A stretch of 7,170 nucleotides of DNA, taken from the NCBI RefSeq assembly GCF_006345805.1, contig NW_021828962.1:1-7170 (forward strand), read 5' to 3'. Source of the stretch: Octopus sinensis (lineage: Eukaryota). Below, in pieces: positions 7,105 to 7,170 of the stretch. Made by a program: the position numbers and the translations under genes. Below the pieces are notes generated by a model. It had not been told where the DNA came from. It was given only the letters and a program-made list of their open reading frames with translations, and did no database searches. Every line of letters begins with the position of its first letter. Within the stretch, counting starts at the first letter, position 1.

Positions 7105-7170
7105 TATGTATGTATGTATGTATGTATGTATGTATGTATGTATGTATGTATGTATGTATGTATGTATGTA
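7105..7170. repeat. (TATG)n microsatellite, running off the window end
   Basis: Perfect tetranucleotide repeat. Confidence 0.97.

Overview
AT-rich, non-genic eukaryotic DNA. The SINE/MITE content resembles my recollection of Octopus-type cephalopod repeats (inference, not a database result). No host protein-coding gene is supported: most long ORFs in the track translate microsatellites, which cover about a quarter of the window. The rest is a mosaic of transposon remnants: two SINE fragments, a complete MITE with GGATC-ended 30-bp TIRs and an 8-bp TSD, a related rearranged MITE, an RTE-clade LINE reverse-transcriptase fossil, a possible mariner end and a non-autonomous Helitron. The most notable signals are two minus-strand type I hammerhead-ribozyme-like motifs. 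The one at 4021-4094 has a canonical core; the one at 782-826 has a U3:A8 covariant core. Both have a U-U pair opening helix II and a palindromic helix III, as expected for Penelope-like retroelement ribozymes. There are also two long inverted duplications (3340-4530 and 5504-5938); the first places an antisense copy of the ribozyme cleavage half upstream of the ribozyme on the same strand.
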